From: Deltaproteobacteria bacterium | Lineage (GTDB): Bacteria; Desulfobacterota; Binatia; UBA12015 | Reading direction: 5' to 3' | NCBI GenBank assembly: GCA_046583355.1 | Contig: JAYGCM010000070.1 | Location: 1-56,682, forward strand | DNA: 56,682 nt | Part shown: positions 16,926 through 25,049 of the stretch, in pieces | How positions within the stretch are numbered: position 1 is the first letter of the stretch | How the letters are laid out: every line of letters starts with the position of its first letter | Position numbers and translations under genes: made by a program | Notes under the pieces: model-generated | Told to the model about the DNA's origin: nothing | Seen by the model: only the letters and a program-made list of their open reading frames with translations | Database searches by the model: none

Positions 16926-18025
16926 GCGGCCTCGGAGGGCTCGGCCGTCTTGGACTCGTCAGCCGGCGGCGCTTCGCGGCCGGGCGCGAGGAAATTGCCC
17001 ATGATCGATTGGTAGGCCTCGCATGGCGTCCAACATTGCGGGCAATCGTATTGCCAGATCTCTTTTTGTGTCTGGGTGGCCGTCTCGCCTTTCCAGATCT
17101 CGCGCAGATCGTAGTCGACGTCGCGCAGGCTGCCGATTTTTCTATCGTAGATCGTGCACGGGAAGACATTGCCCCAGGAGTCGACAAAACACGACGCCGA
17201 AAGAGCGTGGCAGCGCATGGGCGTCTTGCCGGTCATCAGGTAGCGCTCTACGCGTTCGATGTATTGAGTCTCAAGATAGCCCACCGGGCCGCTGGCGGCA
17301 CCGCGCAGGCGGGCGACTTCCTTCACCGACTCCAGCAGCATTTTAGGCGGCACATGGTCGCGCAAGCCGAGATCGGTATTGCCGAGGTAATGCGAGGACT
17401 CGTGCACGATATTCACGTGGAAATCCTGGTAGGTCAGCCCGGGGTTCATCTTCTCGGCCGCCGCGAACGCAGCAGGGAAATGCCCGATATTGAGCTTCGA
17501 GAGCGTCATGCCGAGCACGACCTCCACGCCCGGAATTTCGCGTAGGCGACGGAAGGTCTCCATCTGCTTCTGCCAGCCACCCTCGATGCCGCGAATCTTG
17601 TCGTTCATCGCCTCGTCACCGTCGGTGGAGACCGTGATGATCAACTTCTCCGGGCGGCGCGCCATAATGCGTTTGGTATTCTCGACGATCTGGTCGCAGA
17701 GATAGCCATTGGTCGGATAATGCAGCAGCAAGAGATTCGGGCTCTCGTCGATCACCGTATGGGCGATCTCAACGAAATCCTTGCGCAGCGTCACCTCGCC
17801 GCCGGTCAGGTCGACCCAGAGAAAGTCACGCGATTTGCGGAAGAAGGTGCGGATCTCTTCGACGCTCAATTCGTCGCGCGGCTTCATCTTCCAGATATTG
17901 CAGGTCAGGCATTTGTAGTTGCACCAATAGGTGATGGCGAAAGTGAGCTTGAAGGGGTGGTCGAGGCGACGGAAATTGGCCTCGAACGCCTTGCGCGCCA
18001 GGGCGGCGTAGGTACGGAGCTTCAC
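16922..18025 (-). CDS. Radical SAM protein with SPASM/twitch domain
   Basis: CNYKCLTC, TGGE, C-terminal C...C...GNVFPC...CPQCWTPC; GTG start overlaps the upstream stop. Confidence 0.9.
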   Translation of the reverse strand: MKLRTYAALARKAFEANFRRLDHPFKLTFAITYWCNYKCLTCNIWKMKPRDELSVEEIRTFFRKSRDFLWVDLTGGEVTLRKDFVEIAHTVIDESPNLLLLHYPTNGYLCDQIVENTKRIMARRPEKLIITVSTDGDEAMNDKIRGIEGGWQKQMETFRRLREIPGVEVVLGMTLSKLNIGHFPAAFAAAEKMNPGLTYQDFHVNIVHESSHYLGNTDLGLRDHVPPKMLLESVKEVARLRGAASGPVGYLETQYIERVERYLMTGKTPMRCHALSASCFVDSWGNVFPCTIYDRKIGSLRDVDYDLREIWKGETATQTQKEIWQYDCPQCWTPCEAYQSIMGNFLAPGREAPPADESKTAEPSEAA

Positions 18026-19080
18026 GTCAACGCCTCCAGAATCCGCAAGGGCAGATTCGGTTTGGGGGCGACCCGTTGCCAATTCTCCAGGTACCAATCG
18101 TAGGCATCGCAGGTGATCTGGATATTATCGCCCTGCGGCTCCCAGCCCAACCTTTCACGTGCGCGTGATATGTCGAGCACAAAGTCGACGTCGGCCAGTT
18201 TATAATGCTCGGGAACAATCGGGGACATACCGAATACGTTGAGCGCTCTTGCCGCCGTGCGCAAGAGCGAGGCCGGAAAAGCCATGATCTTCGAGCTCGC
18301 TCCGGCATAGCGGATCAATGCTTCGCATTGCGCCCGCACGCTCGGCACGCGATCAGGCGGCGAGCCGACATTCACGATAAGCCCGCGCGCATCGGCCGCA
18401 TCGGCCGCCAGCACTGCACAGCGCGAGACATCTTCGGCGGCGACCATCTGCACCTTATTCGCGCCCTTGCCCAGCAAATAGACCCGACGGTTACGCCGCA
18501 CCCAATCGAAAAGCAGCACGAAGACACCCGTCATGCCGTCACCGAAAAGACTCATCGGCCGCAGCATCGCGACATCGAGCCCGTCCTGCACGGCGCGGCC
18601 ACAAAGCACCTCGGCCGCGAGCTTGGAATCGCCGTAGGCACCCAAGGGGATTTTCGGATGATCGTCCTCGTCAACCAGCGGAGTTTCGGGAAGTCCGTAG
18701 ACCGCCGAGCTGGAGATGAAGACGACGCGGCGCACGCGGCACTCCTTGGCGGCGTCCAATACGTTCTGCACGCCGCTCAGATTCATCTCGAAGATTTCTT
18801 CTTCGGAAAAATCGGCAAATTGCGGCTTCATGCGTTGGCCCGCAGCGAGATGGTGCACGATCTCGATATCCGCCGTGGCGGCGCGCATGGCGGCGGGGTC
18901 CCGCATATCACCCGTGACCACCTCGAGTTTCGCTTCGCGGCCGGTCGCGCGGACGCGCTCGCCGAGAGAAGCCGGCGGCTCTACCAGGTCAAAGAGCCGC
19001 ACCTCATGGCCGGCAGAGACAAGCTGGGGCACCAGCGTATTACCGAGAACGCCGGACGAGCCGGTTACCAGAACTTTCAT
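18022..19080 (-). CDS. NAD-dependent epimerase/dehydratase (extended SDR)
   Basis: VTGSSGVLG, SSSAVYG, YGDSK. Confidence 0.9.
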   Translation of the reverse strand: MKVLVTGSSGVLGNTLVPQLVSAGHEVRLFDLVEPPASLGERVRATGREAKLEVVTGDMRDPAAMRAATADIEIVHHLAAGQRMKPQFADFSEEEIFEMNLSGVQNVLDAAKECRVRRVVFISSSAVYGLPETPLVDEDDHPKIPLGAYGDSKLAAEVLCGRAVQDGLDVAMLRPMSLFGDGMTGVFVLLFDWVRRNRRVYLLGKGANKVQMVAAEDVSRCAVLAADAADARGLIVNVGSPPDRVPSVRAQCEALIRYAGASSKIMAFPASLLRTAARALNVFGMSPIVPEHYKLADVDFVLDISRARERLGWEPQGDNIQITCDAYDWYLENWQRVAPKPNLPLRILEALT

Positions 19081-20309
19081 GATTCCCTCACAGAAGCCGA
19101 CGAGACAGCCTTTCCATCAGCGTGCGGCGGGAAATGCTCGTCAATACGGGTGATGACCGAGACCAATCCGATCCGCTGCATGCAGACCGGGTTGACGCAG
19201 CGGCTCATCTTCAAATTATAATTGGACAGACACGGGCTGCAATAAAGCGACTCGTAGAACACCAGGTCGTCCTCACCACGCGGGCCGTAGAGGCGCGGCT
19301 CGGTCGGGCCGAAGAAGGCCACCACCGGCGTATGCACGAGGCCCGCGAGATGCAGAATCGAGGTATCGTTGGTGACCACAAAGGGGCAGGCATCGAGCAG
19401 GGAGATCAACTCGCCGAGCGTGAGCGCGTCGCAGACATTTGTCGAAGCATGGGCATGGCGCATCTTCGCACGCGCCAACTCGACCAGCCCTGACTCCTCC
19501 GCGCCCACTCCGGTGAATACGATATGCGCACCGCGGGTCTCAACCAAATGGTCCGCCAGCGCACCGAAACGCTCAGGCGGCCAGCGCTTGAGCGCGATCT
19601 TGTCGTAGTTCGGGCCGGTGCCGACATGCATAAGAATCAGCGAGTCGCCCATCCCGGCCGGCAGCTTCTCGAGCAACTGGCGGCGGTCTTCTTCGCGCGT
19701 CGGAATACGGATACGCGGCGCGGGCAGTTCCGCACGGTCGAAGGGTACGGCGAGGCGCATGAAGATATCGGCCATATGGTCGGTATCGGCGTAGGCAACG
19801 CGATGCGTATAGAGCCAGCCACGCGACTGCCCCTCGGTATTGAAGCCGACCCGGGCCGAGGCTCCCGTGAGGAAGGCGAAAATCCCGGAGAGCTTCATGA
19901 ATTGCTCAAAGTCAAGCACGGCATCATAGCCACTCCGTAATCCGGAGAGCAGACGGCCGACCGAGCGGAGAAAGGAAACAAAACCATCCACCTCGACCGT
20001 CAGCATCCGCGTGACCAGGCCGCTTTGTTCGAGCAGGCCGCGGTTGCCGGGCAAGGTAAGAAAGTCGATCTCGACCTCGCCGTCGCCGCGCATGGCGGCC
20101 AGGGTCGGAGTAATCATGGCGATATTGCCGAGCCCATAGAATTTGATCGCCAGCAGGCGCCGCGGCACGCGCACGGGCGAAGCGCCGTCGGGCGGCGTGG
20201 TCGCGCGCAGAGGCGGGACCGACCCGAGTAGGCGACCCAACATCCACAGCAGGAAGCAAACACCGAGGCCGACCCAGCGGTCGATATAGCGGGCGATACG
20301 AAGATTCAT
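19077..20309 (-). CDS. Glycosyltransferase family 9 (heptosyltransferase-like)
   Basis: GLGNIAM..P, KRWP, TNDTS..HLA, FFGPT, CSPC motifs. Confidence 0.88.
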   Translation of the reverse strand: MNLRIARYIDRWVGLGVCFLLWMLGRLLGSVPPLRATTPPDGASPVRVPRRLLAIKFYGLGNIAMITPTLAAMRGDGEVEIDFLTLPGNRGLLEQSGLVTRMLTVEVDGFVSFLRSVGRLLSGLRSGYDAVLDFEQFMKLSGIFAFLTGASARVGFNTEGQSRGWLYTHRVAYADTDHMADIFMRLAVPFDRAELPAPRIRIPTREEDRRQLLEKLPAGMGDSLILMHVGTGPNYDKIALKRWPPERFGALADHLVETRGAHIVFTGVGAEESGLVELARAKMRHAHASTNVCDALTLGELISLLDACPFVVTNDTSILHLAGLVHTPVVAFFGPTEPRLYGPRGEDDLVFYESLYCSPCLSNYNLKMSRCVNPVCMQRIGLVSVITRIDEHFPPHADGKAVSSASVRES

Positions 20310-20380
20310 GGGATGGGGAAAGGAACCAAATGCGTGGCATAGGGAGGCGAGAAAATCCCCGCGCTCCCGAACAAGCGCCA

Positions 20381-20397
20381 CGCGAATACGATGCCAA
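20381..20397 (-). promoter_or_regulatory. Possible sigma54 (-24/-12) promoter of the GT9 operon
   Basis: Minus strand TTGGCATCGTATTCGCG has the correct GG-N10-GC spacing, about 70 bp before the start. Confidence 0.3.
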
Positions 20398-20433
20398 GTC
20401 GTACCATTACGGGGCCGAGGCGGTCAACGGACT

Positions 20434-22101
20434 TCATGCACCGTCCTGCGTGGTCTCGCCCTGAACCTGCGCCTTGGCCCAACGATAATCCGCCTTGCCA
20501 CTCGGACTGCGCACGATGACCTCGCGGAATACGAAGGCTTTGGGGAGCTTGTAGCGAGCAATATGGCGCCCACATTCTTCTCGCAGCGCCTCGGCGGCAC
20601 CTTCCTCGGACTCGCCCGCGCACAATTGCACCACCGCCACGACCTCCTGCCCCCAGCGCTCACTAGGACGGCCGGCGACGACCACATCATAAACAGCGGG
20701 ATGATGGCGCAGCGCAAGCTCGACCTCTTCGGCAAAAATCTTCTCACCGCCTGAGTTGATCGTCACCGAATCGCGACCAAGCACCTCGATCGTGCCGTCT
20801 TCGAGATGCCGCGCACGATCGCCCGGCACCGAGAAGCGAGCGCCAGCCACCTGGGGAAAGGTCTTGGCCGTCTTCGCCTCGTCATCGAGGTAGCCAAGGG
20901 GGACATTGCCGCCTTTGGCAAACCAGCCGGTATGGTCTTCTCCGGGCGCAACCACCCGAGAGAAATCCTCGCTGACGACGCAATTATCTGGCGCCGGAGT
21001 AAACTTCCCCGTCGCCGCGCCGGCCTCCTTGGAACTGATATGGGTGGCCTGCGTCCCGGTTTCCGACGAACCGATTCCGTCCAGGATGGTGATCGTGGGC
21101 AGACGCTCCAGCAATGCTTCTTTCATATTCACGCTGAGCGATGCCCCACCATTCGCGATGAGGAAGAGCGCGGAGAGGTCGCGCGTGCTGCGCTTCAGCT
21201 CGTCGAGGATCGGCCGACCGAACGCGTCGCCGACGATCACCAGGAGATTTCCCTTCTCGCGCTCAAGAACGTCCAGCACATCTTTGGGGTCGAGTTTATC
21301 GACAACATCCTGGACCAGCAGCGTGCCGCCAGCGTGCATGGTGATAAAGGCAAGCCAATGCCCCGCGCCGTGCATGAAGGGCGGCGCCGCCAGCACCCGT
21401 AGTCCGCCGCCCTCGGCCCGCGTGACCAACTCATCAAGCGATTCGATAAAGAGTCCGTCTTCCTGGCGCCGACCGCCCATCGCGGCCTGAAAGATATCGT
21501 GCTGACGCCAGAGCACGCCCTTGGGCATGCCGGTCGTGCCGCCCGTATAGAGGGTATAGAGGTCGTCGGGCGACCACTCGGATGCGTCGATCTCGGGCGA
21601 AGCAGACGCCAGGGCGGCCTCGTATTCGACCGCGCCTTCGAGCAGCGGCGCCCCGCTCTCGTCGGCAACCTGAATGAGGACTTCGAGATCCGGCAAGCGG
21701 TCACGCACGGCCGCCAGGCGCTCGGCGAATTGCCCGTGGTAGAGGATGGCGCGCGCCCGGCAATTGCGGAAAAGATAGACCAGTTCGTCTTCGACGTAGC
21801 GATAGTTGACGTTGATCGGCACCGTGCGGGATTTGAACGAACCCAGCATGCCCTCAAGATATTCATTCCCGTTGAGCAGGTAGAGGCCGATATGGTCCTG
21901 GCCCGACTCCCATCCCGCAAGCCCCTCCCGCGGCTGGCAGGTACCAAGCCCGCGCGAGAGTAGGAAATTCGCCAGGCGGCGCGAACGCTCGGCTACCTCA
22001 CCATAAGTCAGCCGCCGGTCGCGGAAGATGATGCATTCACGCTCGGGGAAGGCGGCCGCGAGCCGCTCATTGGCCTGGGCCAGATTGAATTGCGTCGACA
22101 T
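20434..22101 (-). CDS. Acyl-CoA synthetase (FadD19-like, AMP-binding)
   Basis: YTGGTTGMPKG, GSSETG, PGD, GGEKIF.EEVE, YKLPK, RSPSGKADY. Confidence 0.9.
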   Translation of the reverse strand: MSTQFNLAQANERLAAAFPERECIIFRDRRLTYGEVAERSRRLANFLLSRGLGTCQPREGLAGWESGQDHIGLYLLNGNEYLEGMLGSFKSRTVPINVNYRYVEDELVYLFRNCRARAILYHGQFAERLAAVRDRLPDLEVLIQVADESGAPLLEGAVEYEAALASASPEIDASEWSPDDLYTLYTGGTTGMPKGVLWRQHDIFQAAMGGRRQEDGLFIESLDELVTRAEGGGLRVLAAPPFMHGAGHWLAFITMHAGGTLLVQDVVDKLDPKDVLDVLEREKGNLLVIVGDAFGRPILDELKRSTRDLSALFLIANGGASLSVNMKEALLERLPTITILDGIGSSETGTQATHISSKEAGAATGKFTPAPDNCVVSEDFSRVVAPGEDHTGWFAKGGNVPLGYLDDEAKTAKTFPQVAGARFSVPGDRARHLEDGTIEVLGRDSVTINSGGEKIFAEEVELALRHHPAVYDVVVAGRPSERWGQEVVAVVQLCAGESEEGAAEALREECGRHIARYKLPKAFVFREVIVRSPSGKADYRWAKAQVQGETTQDGA

Positions 22102-22131
22102 GAAATCTCCGTCGCTCCTCAGTGGGAGCGA

Positions 22132-23028
22132 TTATTTCGGCTTGGTCGCGTAGAGTTCCACGCGTGCTTCGAGGCCGGTCCACTCGCCGATCTGGATCAG
22201 CACGCCGAGGCCGAGTTTCACGGGCCAGGAAAATGCATAGCGACCCAGGTACGGGCTCTCGCCACAGACCTCGCGCACCTCGAAGCCGACATCCTCGGCC
22301 AGGCGGCGCAGCGTCGCCGGCGTAAAGTACCAATAATGATTGGGCACATAGAGACGACTCGCCAGCGGCCCGAGTCCCGGAATGCGTGCGAGGAAGTCGG
22401 CCGCGTAGAAAAGAGTAGATCGGTGGTTGGGCACCGCGACGAAAAGGGCTCCGCCGGGACGCAAGACCTTGAGCGCATGTTCGAGAAAGACCTTGGGGTT
22501 CTCGGTATGCTCGATGACATCCGCCATGGTGATCGCGTCGGGTGCCTCATCAAAGGAGGCCTTGAGAAAATCACCGACCCGGACCTCGACACCGAATTCC
22601 TCGGTGGCCTTCTCGGCCGCGCCCGGCGAGATCTCACAACCCTGCACCCGAAAGCCCGCCTTCTCGGCCAAATGAAGCAACAAGCCCGTGCCGACGCCGA
22701 CATCTACCAGGCGGCCGCCGCCGGTCAGAGTATGCAGACGCTCGGCGGTGGCCCGGAAGCCCGCGACCACGGGGTCGTCCGGGTAGTCACGGTAATAGGC
22801 CGTGAACATCTCGGCCGTCTCGTCCATCAGGCCACCGGCAAAAGCCTCGTCCTCGCGCTGCGCAATGGCATCCCCCGTGGGGATCGGATCGACGTAGACC
22901 AGCCCGCACGGACAGCGAAAAAGCGGGTCATCGTCGCCATGCAGACGCTTCGCGTCGCGCCCACCGCAGACCAGGCACGCCCGCGGCAACGCCCCCGCAC
23001 CTTCTTCCGTAGTCATCGATACCGACAT
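22132..23028 (-). CDS. Class I SAM-dependent methyltransferase with N-terminal Zn ribbon
   Basis: CLVC...CPC, LVDVGVGTG, DVIEH, LRPGG, VPN. Confidence 0.85.
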   Translation of the reverse strand: MSVSMTTEEGAGALPRACLVCGGRDAKRLHGDDDPLFRCPCGLVYVDPIPTGDAIAQREDEAFAGGLMDETAEMFTAYYRDYPDDPVVAGFRATAERLHTLTGGGRLVDVGVGTGLLLHLAEKAGFRVQGCEISPGAAEKATEEFGVEVRVGDFLKASFDEAPDAITMADVIEHTENPKVFLEHALKVLRPGGALFVAVPNHRSTLFYAADFLARIPGLGPLASRLYVPNHYWYFTPATLRRLAEDVGFEVREVCGESPYLGRYAFSWPVKLGLGVLIQIGEWTGLEARVELYATKPK

Positions 23029-23245
23029 TGCCCGCAGATCTAGCCTATCCAGGAGCGTCTATCATCTCGCTTTCGACACCCGCCTTTCCTGATAGACAGG
23101 CCATGGCGCGGATTCCCATCGAGCACGGACTCTTCCGTGAAGCGCATGGCAACGGCCTGCTCAGCCGCGAGTGAGCCTTGGACGGCCGCTCGAAGAATCA
23201 GGCACGTTTTTCGGCCGGGCCTCCCGCGCAACTCGCAAGCCGGGA

Positions 23246-23854
23246 TCAGGCGGCCGCACCGAGGGCGCGCGTCAGCGCCGCAAGAAAGCGCTCGATCTCG
23301 GCGTCACTACGACCCAGGACTTTCATCTGGACAATCTGGTAGGCCGCGCCGATGGCGATACGCGCGCTATCTTCGGGCGCCGTCGCGGTCGCAATCGAGC
23401 CCTCGGCCTGCCCGCGCCGCAGGGTACGGATCATCGGAGCGATCGTGCGCTCCTCCACGGCGAGATAGCGCGGCCAGATCTCCTCGCGCAGCGCACCGCT
23501 CCAATTGAGCCAGATGCGAGCGTGGTCCGGGTGGGAATCGACGGAATCGGCAAATGCCCGCGCGTGGGCCAGGAGCAGCTCCGGTGCGCTGCCCGTCCCT
23601 GCGTGAATCCGTTCGGCGAGGCCGACGTAAAGCGCCCCCACCTCGTCCAACACAGCCGAAACCAGCTCGTCGCGAGTGGCGAAATAAGTGAAGGTGGTCG
23701 CGACCGAAACGCCGGCCGCCGCGGCCACCTCGGCGTGATGGGCGCCGCCGATCCCGCGGCGCGCAAAGACTCCAAGCGCATACGCCAGCAGCTGCGCGCG
23801 CCTCTGTTCCGGTGGCAGGCGCTTTGCCCGGGCCTTGATCTGTGGCAAACTCAT
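23246..23854 (-). CDS. TetR-family regulator resembling Vibrio LuxR/HapR/SmcR
   Basis: VFARRGIG..HA..A..A.VSVAT.F.YF.TR..LV and C-terminal W..WS...R.E.WP; start at 23854 or 23863. Confidence 0.85.
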   Translation of the reverse strand: MSLPQIKARAKRLPPEQRRAQLLAYALGVFARRGIGGAHHAEVAAAAGVSVATTFTYFATRDELVSAVLDEVGALYVGLAERIHAGTGSAPELLLAHARAFADSVDSHPDHARIWLNWSGALREEIWPRYLAVEERTIAPMIRTLRRGQAEGSIATATAPEDSARIAIGAAYQIVQMKVLGRSDAEIERFLAALTRALGAAA

Positions 23855-23876
23855 TGAGTTCATTGGCAAAGATAGC

Positions 23877-23923
23877 TGTTGACCAAGCTATCAACAAGGT
23901 ATTATTGATAGTTCTATCAGAAA
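23877..23923. promoter_or_regulatory. Two tandem palindromic operator boxes (TTGA-N8-TCA)
   Basis: TGTTGA-CCAAGCTA-TCAACA (23877-23896) and TTATTGATAGTTCTATCAGAAA (23902-23923) in an AT-rich divergent intergenic region. Confidence 0.7.
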
Positions 23924-23937
23924 GGAAAACGAGAACC

Positions 23938-25002
23938 ATGAGTACATTTGATCGCTATTCCATGCCCACTGAGACGAATTGGAAAGTTCCGGCAGCCTTC
24001 GACGCCGATTTCGAATTCGAGTACGACGAGAGCCGCGAGGAGCTCCTGAGCCTCTACCGCAAAGGCAAGAAGCTCCAATGGGACGCCGAAGACCGTATCG
24101 ATTGGTCCCAGGACCTCGACCCGGAGAACCCCTCCGGCCTGCCCGATGAAATGATCCCGATCCATGGCTGGGACGGATTCCGGAAATTGACCAAGCAGGA
24201 ACGCGCCAACATCCGTCGCCATTACCAATCCTGGCAGCTCTCGCAGTTCATGCACGGCGAACAGGGTGCTCTCATCTGCACCGCGCGTATCGTCGAGCAG
24301 GTGCCGCATATGGACGCGAAATACTACGCGGCCACCCAGGTGGTCGACGAGGCGCGCCACGTCGAAGCCTATACCCGACTACTGCACGAGAAATTCGAAC
24401 TCGCCTACCCGCTGAACCCGAGCCTCCGGACTCTGATCAACCAGACGCTGACCGACTCGCGCTGGGATATGATCTACCTCGGCATGCAGGTGCTGGTCGA
24501 AGGCCTGGCACTCGCATCCTTCCAACTCATCCGCGACGGGGCACAAAACCCGCTGGCCGCTTCGGTGAACGCCTACGTGATGCAGGACGAGGCGCGCCAT
24601 GTCGCCTTCGGCCGGCTCGTTTTGCGCGATTATTATCCGCAATTGACGCAGAAGGAGCGCGACGAGCGCGAAGATTTCGTTGCGGAGGCCTGCTACCTGA
24701 TGCGCGACCGCTTCCTCGCCGAAGAGGTCTGGGAGACACTCGGCCTGCCGGTCAAGGAGTGCATGGAGCACACCAGCAACTCGGGTTGGATGCAGCAATT
24801 CCGCACTTCCCTCTTCTCGCGCATCGTGCCGACCATCAAGGCCATCGGGCTCTGGGGACCCAAGATTCGAGGCGTTTATGGCGATATGGGCATTCTCGGC
24901 CTCGCCGATGTCGACGTCGAGGCAATGCAGAAGAACGACGAGCGGGTGGCGGACGAATTCGACCGCAAGCACGGCTTCCGCCCCTCCGAGATGGTTGGAT
25001 AG
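23938..25002 (+). CDS. Ferritin-like diiron protein (AurF/N-oxygenase family)
   Basis: HGEQG, DEARH twice, EGLA diiron ligands; AAAGGA SD upstream. Confidence 0.85.
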   Translation: MSTFDRYSMPTETNWKVPAAFDADFEFEYDESREELLSLYRKGKKLQWDAEDRIDWSQDLDPENPSGLPDEMIPIHGWDGFRKLTKQERANIRRHYQSWQLSQFMHGEQGALICTARIVEQVPHMDAKYYAATQVVDEARHVEAYTRLLHEKFELAYPLNPSLRTLINQTLTDSRWDMIYLGMQVLVEGLALASFQLIRDGAQNPLAASVNAYVMQDEARHVAFGRLVLRDYYPQLTQKERDEREDFVAEACYLMRDRFLAEEVWETLGLPVKECMEHTSNSGWMQQFRTSLFSRIVPTIKAIGLWGPKIRGVYGDMGILGLADVDVEAMQKNDERVADEFDRKHGFRPSEMVG

Positions 25003-25018
25003 TACCCGCCAAAGGTCC

Positions 25019-25046
25019 GCCGGAGCCCGGTCACCCGGGTTCCGGC
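25019..25046. terminator. Hairpin between convergent genes
   Basis: 12-bp stem GCCGGAGCCCGG/CCGGGTTCCGGC with a 4-nt loop. Confidence 0.5.
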
Positions 25047-25049
25047 AGG

